DNA of 64,000 nt, from the NCBI GenBank assembly GCA_963745035.1, contig CAVUVW010000013.1:1-64000 (forward strand). Reading direction: 5' to 3'. A program made the position numbers and the translations under genes. Every line of letters begins with the position of its first letter. Positions within the stretch are counted from its first letter, which is position 1. This document shows, piece by piece, positions 1 through 11,060 of this stretch. The DNA comes from an uncultured delta proteobacterium (lineage in GTDB: Bacteria; Desulfobacterota; Binatia; UBA9968). Under the pieces are notes generated by a model. That model was not told the DNA's origin. It was given only the letters and a program-made list of their open reading frames with translations, and searched no databases.

Positions 1-230
1 TCCGTAGAACCGGATACCGACAAACATGAAAAACACCCGACACACGCTATCGACCTCGAAGTACTTAAGGCCATTAGAAGGACCGTCTTGTCCATCAGAC
101 GGCGGATCGATTCCGAAGACAACCGTTGGAAGTCACCTCCGGCCATCTGCCGCCCGGAAATTCAAGCAGCTCAAAAACTACTGGCCCAAATAGTGGCGAG
201 GATATTAACCAAGAAGGCAACGTAGAACAG

Positions 231-2433
231 ATGAACAACAACGAACCTATTAATACAGCCATCCACTGATCACACATGATCAATTGCGCCGGCTCGCGAT
301 CGTTTATATCAGGCAGTCCAGCGAGAAGCAGGTTCGCGATAACGTCGGCAGCACCGAATTCCAACGAGGCTTGACGGCAGTTGCGCGCTCCTACGGATGG
401 CCGGATTCCAAGATTCAAATCATCGATGAAGATTTGGGAATCACGGGCTCCTCGAGTGAGGGGCGGACCGGGTGGCGGCGGCTGCAAATGATGATGGCAG
501 CCGGCGAGGTCGGAGCGGTCTTTTGCGTCACCATCTCTAGGTTGTCACGGAAACTACTCGACTTTGAACTCTTTCGCCAGATTGCCGCAGAGAACAATAC
601 AATAATCTACACGGAAGGGCGATTTGTTGATCCGAATGATTCAAACGACATCCTTTTCTCGCAAATCGGGGCCATGCTCGCCTCGCACGAAAACCGCCAG
701 CGTGTGAGACTCCTGAGCCAGGCGAGAATCACCAAAGCCAAGCAAGGCAAGATGGTTTCGGTGTTGCCCGTCGGTTGGATCAAAGGCCCAGACGGCCGGT
801 ATGACTACGACCCCGAGACCAAGGACACAATCCGGACGATCATCGATACGTTTTTTCAAACCCGATCGATCCGTAAAACGGTCGTCGCGCTAAGAAAAGC
901 CGGGGTGCAAATACCATTCAGGCAACGTGACCATGTGTCGTTCAAAGAAGCGGGTATCGGACGGGTGAGAAACATTCTGTTACATCCCGCCTACACCGGT
1001 CTGTACGTTTATGGAAGAACACAATCGAAACCCCGCGGCGCCAGTCCTCGCCAATGGCCAATCACAGCGAATCAAAGTTCCCGAGGAACGGTGGATAAAA
1101 CATTTTAACCATCATCCGGCGTATATGACCCAAGAGCAACAAGAGGAGATCAAATCAATTTTGAGCAAGAATCGTTTTGAGGCTCGCCGCCGTCCCGGCC
1201 GCGGGCCGGCCATCCTTCAGGGATTACTCCGCTGCGCCGTATGCAACAATGCGTTAGCGGTAACTTATGACCGCCTTGATAGCTGGACCTATATGTGCGG
1301 CTGGAATACTGAACCGTGCACACGATTTACCAGCTGTGAATTCGAGACGAATGTGCTTGCAAGGGTTTTCAAAATGCTCGAATCCCCACCGCTTGAGATG
1401 TTGCAGGCAGCGTTGGAGGAGACTCGGCGCCAAAACGGACGCGGCTTGACTGGACTGAATCTGAGCGCGAACGGCTTGAGCATCGAACTGCGCAAGGCCC
1501 AGGAGCTAGTCGATCGAAGCTATGGCAAGCACCAGAGAGTCTATGATCATGCGGTCGAGAAATTCGAGGCAATCCTTGTAGAAAAAGAAAATTTCGAGCG
1601 GAAGGTCGCCATTCAGCAGGCGAAAAGCCAAGACATGGAAACTGATGAGGAGTTAAACGAGCTCTGCCGCCTCGCGAGCGACGTGCCGGCGTTCTGGCAT
1701 GATCCCGGCGTCTCCAACCAAGATCGAAAAGAGATTCTGCGCTGCCTCATCGATCAGATCCTCGTTAGAGCAACCAAAGAACGGATCGACGCGACAATCG
1801 TCTGGAAAACCGGCAGCCAAACGTCTCTAGCCATATGGCGCGGTTTCGGCCGGTACATTTTGATTCGCGAGCTCCATGGGCAAAACCTGACCACGTTACA
1901 GATAAAGCAACATCTTGCAGCCGGAAAGACTTCCACTGGCCAAATCGTAAATATCGGTTTGAGCCAAATACTTGTGATGCTACGCAAGATGAATCTCAAA
2001 CCAATCCGAACTCCAGCTAACTATTTTTCATTGCGGCAAATAGCGGCGGAGCTTAGCCAAGAGGGTAGAACTGCGGTATGGATTGCGAAACATTTTACCG
2101 AGCAGGGATTCCCGAGCGCATCGCATAAACCATGGAACCGGGCGATGGTGGACTGGCTGCTCGAGAGGAGTGGAACTAAACCTGAATCGTTAGAAGACCT
2201 TCATCGCAGCGCTTTTAACGAAGCGCGCGCACGAGGATTAAACTATCGAACAAATGGCAGTTGAGTTTAATGAAAAAAAGATCCGCCGGGGAAAGGACAC
2301 CGACCAGCCTTGGACGGCGCGCAATGTCCAAAAACGGTGGTTCGATCTTAATCGCCTCAAAGGTGGCCGACAACAGAAGCAAGCAACTGAACCGGATCTG
2401 TCGGAGTCAGTCGTTTTAAAGAAATCAGCATGA
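231..2433 (+). mobile_element. Large serine recombinase (resolvase + recombinase + Zn-ribbon domains), split by apparent frameshifts
   Basis: ORFs 284-1108 and 1011-2264 join into one protein: catalytic YIRQSS motif, SRLSR, LPVGW, Zn ribbon LLRCAVC..YMCG..C, coiled coil, RKEILRCLID. A further frame continues ..QPWTARNVQKRW.. to TGA at 2431-2433. Probable ATG at 231, out of frame by one indel. Confidence 0.85.
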
Positions 2434-2625
2434 GCACGAACACAACAACAGATGTTTTTTCTGCTAATTTCGAAACGAATTACTGATCCTCACTAGTGGC
2501 GAGCACAAATTCGTCGATCTTCTTTCTTTTTTGCATATTCTTCCGCGGTCACGGACATCATTTGAACGAACTTGTTCGATACCTGATCCGCCCCGCCCCT
2601 TTTGTCTTACGCTGTGGTTGGAAAC

Positions 2626-3660
2626 TTAGGTGTCTAATGTAGTTGGATAAAAGATTTCTTCGACACGCGCCAATTTTTTCGTCAGCCCTTCCTTAAACGA
2701 GGCCTGCGTCAGAATGTCCAACATTCTCTCGTTGGCGCGAATGCCCAGTGGATACGGGTCTTTTCCGAAGAGCGCGGCCTGGTGCTTGACGAGCTCCTCG
2801 ACAAAGAAGAAGTACCCGGCGCCGGCAGTGTGCGCTTGCTCGAACGCCAGCTCCTTGGATCGGCTAAAGGCCTTATAGAGCTCGAGCGCCACCCAGGGAT
2901 GCTTGTCCAATATGTGCTGTTTTACAACCACCATGTGGTTAACCGGCATGATTTCGGTCTTTTTGTGGTAGTCGGTAATTATGCTTCTGCCGCCATCAGA
3001 AAACAGGCGACGAATTCTCGGGTTACCGATAATCGGAGTACCTCCGTAGCGATCGATATTTCTGAAATTTTCCGTTCCTCGGTCATAATGTGGAGCAAAG
3101 CCCCATGCCCCGTCGATTTGCCCTTCATTCAACATCACGTCGAGCGTTTGGCTTTCGTCCAGCCAATGAAGAGAAATACCGGGAGGAGGATCTTTATCCA
3201 ATCCCAACAAAACGCCATGGCTCACGTCTTTCGTTCTGCCAATGTACCAATCCACGTCGCGAGGTTTGATATCGTAGAGTTCTTCTAAAACTATGCGCAT
3301 CCAGAGGGCCGCGGTCATTTGATAGTCCGGTATGCCGATTCGCTTACCTTTAAGGTCAGCCGCGCCCTTGATTTGCGACTGCTCGTTCACGTACAGGTTG
3401 AGCCACAGAAAAGCTTTGAGCAGAAATACCGGCAAAGCGCTCCATCGCCATTTTGAGCCATCGCTCTTTTCCCTGGCGATCAAAAAGTCGGAGATGGACA
3501 TCTCGGTCACATCGAACTCATCGAACTTGAGATTGCGAAAGAAAAGTTCCGCCGGATGAATCTGGACAAAATTGAGGTTTATATTTTCTGGAGTAATGAC
3601 TCCCTCTATTAACGGGGTGAGCCTGGGATTTTTAGAAAAGGCGATCGTTAGGTCCAACAT
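2626..3660 (-). CDS. 4,5-dihydroxyphthalate decarboxylase-like protein (periplasmic-binding-protein fold, no signal peptide), paralog 1
   Basis: Motifs ELFFR..EFDVTEMS, DLKGKRIGIPDYQMTAALWMR, P.NHMVVVK..HPWVALELYKAF, DPYPLG. GAGGAG RBS before ATG at 3660. Confidence 0.8.
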   Translation of the reverse strand: MLDLTIAFSKNPRLTPLIEGVITPENINLNFVQIHPAELFFRNLKFDEFDVTEMSISDFLIAREKSDGSKWRWSALPVFLLKAFLWLNLYVNEQSQIKGAADLKGKRIGIPDYQMTAALWMRIVLEELYDIKPRDVDWYIGRTKDVSHGVLLGLDKDPPPGISLHWLDESQTLDVMLNEGQIDGAWGFAPHYDRGTENFRNIDRYGGTPIIGNPRIRRLFSDGGRSIITDYHKKTEIMPVNHMVVVKQHILDKHPWVALELYKAFSRSKELAFEQAHTAGAGYFFFVEELVKHQAALFGKDPYPLGIRANERMLDILTQASFKEGLTKKLARVEEIFYPTTLDT

Positions 3661-3784
3661 TAGCAACTCCTCTGCGCTGCTGCCCGCTCGGTAGAATATT
3701 CATCGCGAACAAGTTCAACAAACACGCCCCGACAGGGTCGCGTGACATGATCGGCTCTAAAGTCAATCGATAGCAGATACGGAA

Positions 3785-4882
3785 CTACGCTTGCGATATT
3801 TGCAAACGCGTAGGGGGAAGCTCCACATTGATCTGTTGACCGGCGTTGATTTCGAACCAAGACGGCATTTCTCCTCTGATCAGGACCGAGCCGATCTCGA
3901 TCTCGCAGTGAAGCCGGCTGCCGACAAAAACAACTCGCTTTACAGAACCAACGAAGACATTCTGAACACCGCGGCGTTCTTCGGTGTGCAGGACGGGAGA
4001 TTCCGGACGAAACATGATCGTGACCTTTTCATTGACTCCCGTCGTTTTCGGCAGCCAGCACGACAACGCCCCGATCGGACTCTGGACGACGCCCATGCCG
4101 CCGTTGGTCGGAACCGTTTCAACCTGACCCGAGATGATATTGGCCTCGCCGACAAACTGGGCCACAAACCCATTGGTCGGTCGCAAGTAGATATCTCTCG
4201 AACTCCCGATCTGTTTCAACAATCCGTCTTGCATCACCGCAATGCGATCGGCGAGCACCAGAGCTTCTTCCTGGTCATGGGTCACAAAAATGGTCGTGAC
4301 ATGCAACCGGGTCACCAGCTCTCTTAGCTCAAGTCGCATCCCCTGGCGCAACTTGGCATCCAAGTTACTGAGCGGCTCGTCCAAAAGCAGCACCGCCGGC
4401 TCGTACACCAGAGCGCGGGCCAACGCGACCCTTTGCTGTTGTCCGCCGCTGAGAAGAGGAGCAGGACGATCGCCGAGCCCATCCATTTGGACCAAGCGGA
4501 GCGCGTTATTGACGCGCTCCTTCACTTCGCTTTTGGAAACCCGAAAGCCGCCGCGCACCAGCGGAAAAGCGACATTATCGAACACGGTCATGTGCGGCCA
4601 AATGGCGTAAGATTGAAACACCATGCCGACACCGCGCCGGTGAATCGGAACGATCAATTTCGTTTGGCCATTGTATATGGGCCTGTCGCCGATCCAGATT
4701 TCGCCGCCGTCGGGAGTTTCAAGCCCGGCGATACATCGCAACGTCGTGGTTTTACCGCAGCCAGACGGTCCGAGTAACGCAAAGACTTCTCCCGCTTGCA
4801 CCTCGAAGTCGACGCCTTCCACGGCCCCGACTTTTCCGGCCTCCGAAGTGTAAGATTTCTTCAGGTTTACGACTTTTAGCAT
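3785..4882 (-). CDS. ABC transporter ATP-binding protein (PotA/FbpC family, TOBE tail)
   Basis: Walker A GPSGCGKT, signature LSGGQQQR, Walker B LLLDEP, VTHDQ. Confidence 0.95.
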   Translation of the reverse strand: MLKVVNLKKSYTSEAGKVGAVEGVDFEVQAGEVFALLGPSGCGKTTTLRCIAGLETPDGGEIWIGDRPIYNGQTKLIVPIHRRGVGMVFQSYAIWPHMTVFDNVAFPLVRGGFRVSKSEVKERVNNALRLVQMDGLGDRPAPLLSGGQQQRVALARALVYEPAVLLLDEPLSNLDAKLRQGMRLELRELVTRLHVTTIFVTHDQEEALVLADRIAVMQDGLLKQIGSSRDIYLRPTNGFVAQFVGEANIISGQVETVPTNGGMGVVQSPIGALSCWLPKTTGVNEKVTIMFRPESPVLHTEERRGVQNVFVGSVKRVVFVGSRLHCEIEIGSVLIRGEMPSWFEINAGQQINVELPPTRLQISQA

Positions 4883-4969
4883 ACAGACAACCTTTTCCTG
4901 TTTACGATAATCTACTGTCGCGGCCCGTGAATTTCCGAAAAGACCCAATGACAACTGCGCCGTTCAGAA

Positions 4970-6748
4970 TCATGCGATCTGCTGCCCTGCACCGATCCTT
5001 CCGGTCAGTCTTTGAATAACCAGAAGCAGCACCGCCATCACAGAAATGAGCACGACGCTCACAGCCGATGCCTGAGCGACATGCCCGCTCTCCCATAACA
5101 CCCAGATTTGCGTGGCCAGCACTTTATTATTGGGTCCAAGCAACAACAACGGTATGCTCACCTCCCGGAAGACGAGTAGAGCGGTCCATAGCCCCGCAAA
5201 TGCCAGCGCAGAACCGACAAGCGGGACAATTACCCGCAGCATGGTCATCCACTTCCGCGCTCCGCAAACCGCCGCCGCGTCTTCCAGTTCCTGGCCAATC
5301 TGAATGAACGCTGCGTTGGTGATCCGCGTGCCGTAGGAGAGCCGATTCAACACGTTTGCCGCCACCATGATCCAGACCGTATTGTAAAAGGGCAGCCAAG
5401 GAAACCACCTGACTGCCAGAATCCCTAGGATCAACAGCCCGAAGGCAAACGCGAGTCCCGGGATCGCATGGGGAAGCATCGCGATCGTGTCTAGTGCTCG
5501 CCTACCGGGAAGGCGCGTACGAACCACCACCCAGGAAACCATGAAGCTGAAGAACAGCACCAAAACCGAAGTCGTCACCACCAACACCAATGTGTTCCGC
5601 ACCACTTCAAATCCGCCGATGAGAAAAAAAATATCTTCGTACCATTGCAAACTCACTAGAGATAGCGCCTGGGAAGACGGCATGCGCACGGAGGGAAGCA
5701 ACGATAACCACACCAACACCAGCAACGGTAAAAATACCGCCAAGCTCATGTACAAGAGCACAAATAGCAAACCGACGTAGCGAAACTTGCCCAGGTCGTA
5801 GGTTTTTGGCCGGTACCCTTTACCGGTGACCACCGCATAGCGATGGGACTGCTGCAAGGTGCGAAAGTAAAAATACAAAGCCAACAAACTCGGCCCGGTG
5901 ATGAGCAAACCGTAGACGCCGGCGATACCATAATTGACCGCCGCAAAACCCGCCGGCGGCCGCACGGCTACGTAAAGCCTGGTAGCCAGCACGGGGCGAT
6001 CGGCAAATCCGCCGAGCAGAGCGGCCACCTCAAAGATAGCGATGGCCGTCATGAACGTGTAAATAATACCGCCCAAAACAGCCGGCCGCAGAAGCGCCAA
6101 GGTAATCCAACGCGCGCTCCTCCACGCGCTCGCACCGGCAACAGCCGCGGCTTCTTCCAAAGCCGGGTCCATGGATCGCATGGGGCCGGACAACAAAAAA
6201 AACAACGTGGGAGTCAGCATCAGACCTTGGATAAAAGCGATGCCGCCGATACTGTTGATATCGAAGGGAGCTTGTTCAAGCTGAAAGACGCCCATCAGAA
6301 ACTGGTTGATGAGGCCCACTTGAGGGCTAAGCAATATAATCCATCCCATCGCTTTAACCAAACCAGGAACAATCACACTGACCGCGATCAGACTGATGCA
6401 GAAAGCCCGCATCGGCATGTTGGTCCGATTGAGCAACCATGCCAGCGGGAAACCAAAAAACAGGACGGTGATCACTGTCCCCAAGCCGACTAGAATGGTG
6501 TTGGGGATCACCTGGGTAAAAAGCGCGCGATCCAGTGTCTTGATATAGTTGTCCAGTCCCAGGCGCAGCTCGAACGGCCGCCCGGGGTTGAAGCTCGCCC
6601 AGAAGATGATCAAAGAAACGGCTAAGACAGCGATACAGATAAGCCATGCAAAAAAATAAGCCGCCGCGTTTCCGCCGGCGAATTTCTCCCAAACTCGGCT
6701 CGTCCATGCCGTCGCTTCGAACCGCTGTAGTGACTGAACTCTTTCCAT
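4970..6748 (-). CDS. ABC transporter permease, FbpB/ThiP-type with two fused membrane domains
   Basis: About 590 aa, hydrophobic, two EAA loops (LEEAAAVAGA; LEDAAAVCGA), linker VVTGKGYRP. Confidence 0.93.
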   Translation of the reverse strand: MERVQSLQRFEATAWTSRVWEKFAGGNAAAYFFAWLICIAVLAVSLIIFWASFNPGRPFELRLGLDNYIKTLDRALFTQVIPNTILVGLGTVITVLFFGFPLAWLLNRTNMPMRAFCISLIAVSVIVPGLVKAMGWIILLSPQVGLINQFLMGVFQLEQAPFDINSIGGIAFIQGLMLTPTLFFLLSGPMRSMDPALEEAAAVAGASAWRSARWITLALLRPAVLGGIIYTFMTAIAIFEVAALLGGFADRPVLATRLYVAVRPPAGFAAVNYGIAGVYGLLITGPSLLALYFYFRTLQQSHRYAVVTGKGYRPKTYDLGKFRYVGLLFVLLYMSLAVFLPLLVLVWLSLLPSVRMPSSQALSLVSLQWYEDIFFLIGGFEVVRNTLVLVVTTSVLVLFFSFMVSWVVVRTRLPGRRALDTIAMLPHAIPGLAFAFGLLILGILAVRWFPWLPFYNTVWIMVAANVLNRLSYGTRITNAAFIQIGQELEDAAAVCGARKWMTMLRVIVPLVGSALAFAGLWTALLVFREVSIPLLLLGPNNKVLATQIWVLWESGHVAQASAVSVVLISVMAVLLLVIQRLTGRIGAGQQIA

Positions 6749-6768
6749 TGCCAAACTGAGATGTTTCC

Positions 6769-7944
6769 TTACTTGCCCTCTCGCTGGGCGCGGTCTAACG
6801 CTTGTCCGTAGTTTTTCCCTTCCGGAGTTTCATACCAAAGAAACGCCGATAGGTTCTTCGGGCTGTCAAACCAAGTGATCGGATCGATGCGGCGCTTTTG
6901 TAATTCGCTCAACTCACCATTGGATATCCGCCCTGTGCCGAGATAGATGTTCGGGTGAGATGCGTGCTCCTGAAAGAGCTGACTGGCCTCTTCGCTCGTC
7001 GACCACAAAGTAAACAAGCTGGCGGCGTTGGGATGGCGCGTTCCTTCGAGCACGACATTCATAGCCCGATGCAGATTCGTTATATCCTGGAAAAAAGAAA
7101 GCCCGATGGGCGCATTTGCATCCAAGGCTTTTTGTTCAAAGTAATAGTAGGCGTTGGCATACAAGAATGACAATTCACCCAGTAGCAGCCGCTCGATTCC
7201 GGCGGCAAAAGCAAGCATATGCCCTTTGTTCCGTCCCCAGGATCTGACGGTATCGAGCCACTCGTTCTTGTCATATTTCAGGATTCCAAACATGGCTGTC
7301 GTAATCCACGGCGGCAGCGAGTACATCCCTTTGTATTTCGCATGCCCGTACTCTATGCGTGTTTTTGGCAGGTCCTTTTCAGAGATTCGCTTGGGATTGT
7401 AGAGGAGCGCGTCGGTTCGCGTGGCAAACGTGAAGCCAAATCCATCGAAAGGCGCGGGACTCAGTTTGTTCCTGACCTCGTAAGCCTTCGGATTGATCTC
7501 CTTCAAGAGCATTTCCCAGTTATCGATTCGTTTTATCGCGCGACCCTCCTTTAGCAGAAGCACTGCTTCATCCACAAAGTACCGGACATCGAAGCTTGGG
7601 GTGATACCGGCTTCGTGCTCCGCTATCGCTTTGTGCGCGTCTCCGGCAGAGCCTCTGCTGAGATCGATACTGATGCTCATATTGTCCAGACCGAACCGTC
7701 GCTTGAAAGCATCGGCCAGCGCTTTACCACCTTTCGCGCCCTGACTCGAAACCAGTGACAAGGTAAGGCGCCCTTCCCGACGCGCGCCCTCTACCAGTTG
7801 CTTCATCGATTGACTTACGGTTACGCGGCTGTCCGCAGCTGGTTTGCCTTGGGCACGACTACGGCCTGCGCCCAGCGCCAGGAGAAAGGTGGTTGCCAGG
7901 GTGGCCGCGACTAATGCTCTAAGATGTCGCTTCGAATCTCTCAT
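6769..7944 (-). CDS. ABC substrate-binding protein (Fe3+/thiamine/polyamine-type family)
   Basis: Signal-peptide-like N-terminus, EGARREG, LLYNPK, HPNAASLF. Lies in the ABC operon. Confidence 0.85.
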   Translation of the reverse strand: MRDSKRHLRALVAATLATTFLLALGAGRSRAQGKPAADSRVTVSQSMKQLVEGARREGRLTLSLVSSQGAKGGKALADAFKRRFGLDNMSISIDLSRGSAGDAHKAIAEHEAGITPSFDVRYFVDEAVLLLKEGRAIKRIDNWEMLLKEINPKAYEVRNKLSPAPFDGFGFTFATRTDALLYNPKRISEKDLPKTRIEYGHAKYKGMYSLPPWITTAMFGILKYDKNEWLDTVRSWGRNKGHMLAFAAGIERLLLGELSFLYANAYYYFEQKALDANAPIGLSFFQDITNLHRAMNVVLEGTRHPNAASLFTLWSTSEEASQLFQEHASHPNIYLGTGRISNGELSELQKRRIDPITWFDSPKNLSAFLWYETPEGKNYGQALDRAQREGK

Positions 7945-8015
7945 AACGTCCCTCGCCACGGCCGGTTTCTCCTCGATTTTTGAGAATCCGCCGGGACATC
8001 GCCACACGCCACAAA

Positions 8016-9164
8016 TCACTTGCCCTCGCGCTGCGCCCGGTCTATCGCTTGCGCGTATTTTTTCCCTTCGGGGGTTTCATACCAAAGGAACTCTTTCACG
8101 GTCTGGGGACTATCGAACCAGGTGATCGGCTTGATGTTTCGTTTCTCCAATTCGCTCACGATCGCAGTGGACAGCGGTCCCTTTTTTCCCAAGTACACGT
8201 TGGGCGCATAGGAATATTTTTGAAACACCAGGCTAGCCTCCTCGCCGATAGACCATAGGGTAAACAGCTTCGCCGCATTGGGATGCCGCGCCCCTTCCAG
8301 CACGACGTTCATGGCGCGATGCAGGGTTGTTAAATCCTCGAAAAACGAAAGCCCGATAGGTGCCTTAGGATCGCGATCTTTCTCCGCGTAATAATAGTAG
8401 GCGTTGGCCGATAGGAAGGCCAATTCGCCCAGGAGCAATCGATCGATGCCGGCGTTGAAAGCGAGCATGTGGCCTTTGTTTCGCCCCCACGACCTGACGA
8501 CGTTCAACCATTCGTCCTTGTCATACTTGAGAGTGCCGATGATCGCTCTCGTGATCCAAGGAGGCACCGAGTATTTTCCCTTGTATTTAGGGTTGCCGTA
8601 CTCTGTCAGTGTCTTGGGCAGCTCCTCCCTGGCAATCAGTTTCGGATTGTACAAGAGCGCGTTGGTTCGAGTGGCCCATGTAAACGCGTAGCCGTCAAAA
8701 GGTGCAGGGCTGAGTTTATCCCTCACCTTGTGGGCCTCCGGGGCAATCTCCGCCAGAATCGATTGCCAATTGTCGATTCGATTGATAGCTCCGGCATCTT
8801 TTAGGAGGAGTACGGCTTCGTCGACGAAATACATCGCATCGAAGGTTGGCGGAATGCCTGATTGATGCTCGGCTATGGCCTTATGCGCATCGCCCGCGGT
8901 GCCCTGGTTGAGATCGAAGGTGATCTTCATATCACCCAAACCAAACCGTCGTTTAAACGCTTCCCCGAGAGCTTCTCCTCCTTTGGCGCCCTGGCTGGTC
9001 ACGACAGTCACGTTCAACCGGCCCTCTTTGCGGGCTCCTTCGACGAGCGCCTTCAGCCCGGCCCCTTGGGCGCTCGCCGCATGCGCCGTAGACGGCATCG
9101 ATCCCGCGACGGCAAAGAGTCCCCACAAGCCTGCGGTGATCCAAGATTTAACCGGAGAAGTCAT
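8016..9164 (-). CDS. ABC substrate-binding protein, close paralog of 6769-7944
   Basis: Signal peptide ending AHA, EGARKEG, HPNAAKLF. Shares long stretches and the C-terminus RAQREGK with its neighbour. Confidence 0.87.
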   Translation of the reverse strand: MTSPVKSWITAGLWGLFAVAGSMPSTAHAASAQGAGLKALVEGARKEGRLNVTVVTSQGAKGGEALGEAFKRRFGLGDMKITFDLNQGTAGDAHKAIAEHQSGIPPTFDAMYFVDEAVLLLKDAGAINRIDNWQSILAEIAPEAHKVRDKLSPAPFDGYAFTWATRTNALLYNPKLIAREELPKTLTEYGNPKYKGKYSVPPWITRAIIGTLKYDKDEWLNVVRSWGRNKGHMLAFNAGIDRLLLGELAFLSANAYYYYAEKDRDPKAPIGLSFFEDLTTLHRAMNVVLEGARHPNAAKLFTLWSIGEEASLVFQKYSYAPNVYLGKKGPLSTAIVSELEKRNIKPITWFDSPQTVKEFLWYETPEGKKYAQAIDRAQREGK

Positions 9165-9232
9165 GAAAAACTTCCTCCCTAAGCGCGGTTCTCTTTTGCT
9201 TCCGAAATCTCTGTTGCACGCTTGCCTTCGCT

Positions 9233-11039
9233 TCAAATTCTTGTTTGTTGCTCTGTCTGGGCAATCTTTTGACCCGTAAGGTGTTGGGCGAGGAGAATGA
9301 TTGCGCTCATGACCAACACCATGACAACTCCCAGCGCGGAGGCTTCATTGAGACCGCCGCTTTCCCACTTGGCCCAGATCCGAACTGATAAGACTTGATT
9401 TTCAGGTCCGGCAAGCATCAGGGGCATGGAGACTTCACGAAACACCAATAGCCCGGTCCACAATCCGCCGAACACCAACGACGAGCGCACCAGCGGCGCC
9501 ACCACCCACCACATCGTCCCCAAGCGCCGCGCCCCGCATACCTGCGCCGACTCCTCCAACTCCCGCCCCACCTGCAACAATGCCGCGTTGGTGATCCGCG
9601 TCACGTACGACAGCCGATTGACCACATTGGCCAAAATGATGATCCCAAGCGTTTGGTACAAAGGTAGCCACGGCAGCCACTTCGCCGCCACGATCGCCAC
9701 CACCGTCAACGCAAACGCAAACCCCAGCCCCGGTATCGCGTGCGGCAGCATGGCAATCGTATCGATGACTTTTCTCCCCTTGACCCGCATCCGCACCACC
9801 ACCCAGGAAATCATGAAACTGAAAAACAGCACCACTATCGGCGTGACGATCGTCAATACGATCGTATTCACAATGACGTCCACCCCGCCGATCACGTCCA
9901 TGATCCCGTGGTACCAACGCAAGCTCACCAACGATAACGCTTCAGCGGAAGGCATCGCCAAATGCGGGAGCAAAGACGCCCACACCAACACCACCAACGG
10001 CAACACCACCGCCAACAGTAAATACAATCCGACAAACGCCGAAGCCATCATCCGCCCGCGCCCCAACTCAAAGTCCCTCGGCCGGTACCCCTTCCCCGTC
10101 ACCACCACATACCGATGCCCCCGCTCGATCACGCGCAGATAATAATAAAGCGCCACAAAACTCGGCACCGCGATCATCAACCCGTACACTCCCGGACATC
10201 CCGTAACGAGGAATACCGGCCGCATCGCCAATCGGATTGGTATTCAGGAATAGTTCGGTGGCGAGGACGGGAGTCTTACCGATGCCGCCCAACAACGCCG
10301 CCACTTCGAATATCGATATCGCCGTCATGAACGTGTAGATCGCTCCGCCCAAAATCGCCGGCCACAACACCGGCAAACTCACCCACCACATCGTCCGCCA
10401 TACCGTCGCCCCGCTCACCTGCGCCGCTTCCTCCAGCGCAGGATCCATCGACCGCATCGGCCCCGCCAACAAAAAAAACATCGTCGGCGTCAGCATCAAC
10501 CCCTGCACAAACGCCACTCCCCACACGTTGTCGATCGCCAACGGCGCCTGGCTCATCCCAAACACGTACATCAAAAACTTGTTGATCAGCCCAATCTTCG
10601 GACTGAGCAACATCACCCACCCCATCGCCTTCAAAAACCCCGGCACGATCACCGCCACCGCGATCAACGTGATCCACAACTCCCGATACGGCACATCGGT
10701 CCGATGCAACAACCAGGCTAAGGGAACACTGAAAAACAACACCACCGCCACCGTCCCCAATCCCACCATCGCCGTGTTCGGGATCACCCGCCGAAACAAA
10801 TATCCGTCGAACGCATCCACGTAATTCTGCAACGTCATGTCCGGCTGCGTCGGCACTCCCGCCACAAAGCTCATCCACACCACGAACAACACCAGCAACA
10901 GCACCACCCCACAGCCAAACCACGCAAAAAAAAGCGGCAGACGCACGCTCACAAATTCGCCTGCCGCCTCCGCGAGCCCTTGGCTCTTGTTAGACCATGC
11001 TACTGAGACAGCACCTTCCGCGGCGGGATCGTTCCTCAT
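9233..11039 (-). CDS. ABC permease (fused two-domain), one apparent frameshift near 10190
   Basis: ORFs 10068-11039 and 9233-10231 together match the intact permease 12245-14020. One extra base at ~10190 relative to that copy. Confidence 0.9.
9405..10972. repeat. Direct repeat copy A (permease core), nearly identical to 12405-13971
   Basis: Line-by-line identity at offset 3000, changing to 2999 after ~10190. Confidence 0.95.
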
Positions 11040-11060
11040 GCGCCCATTCTCATCACGCGT

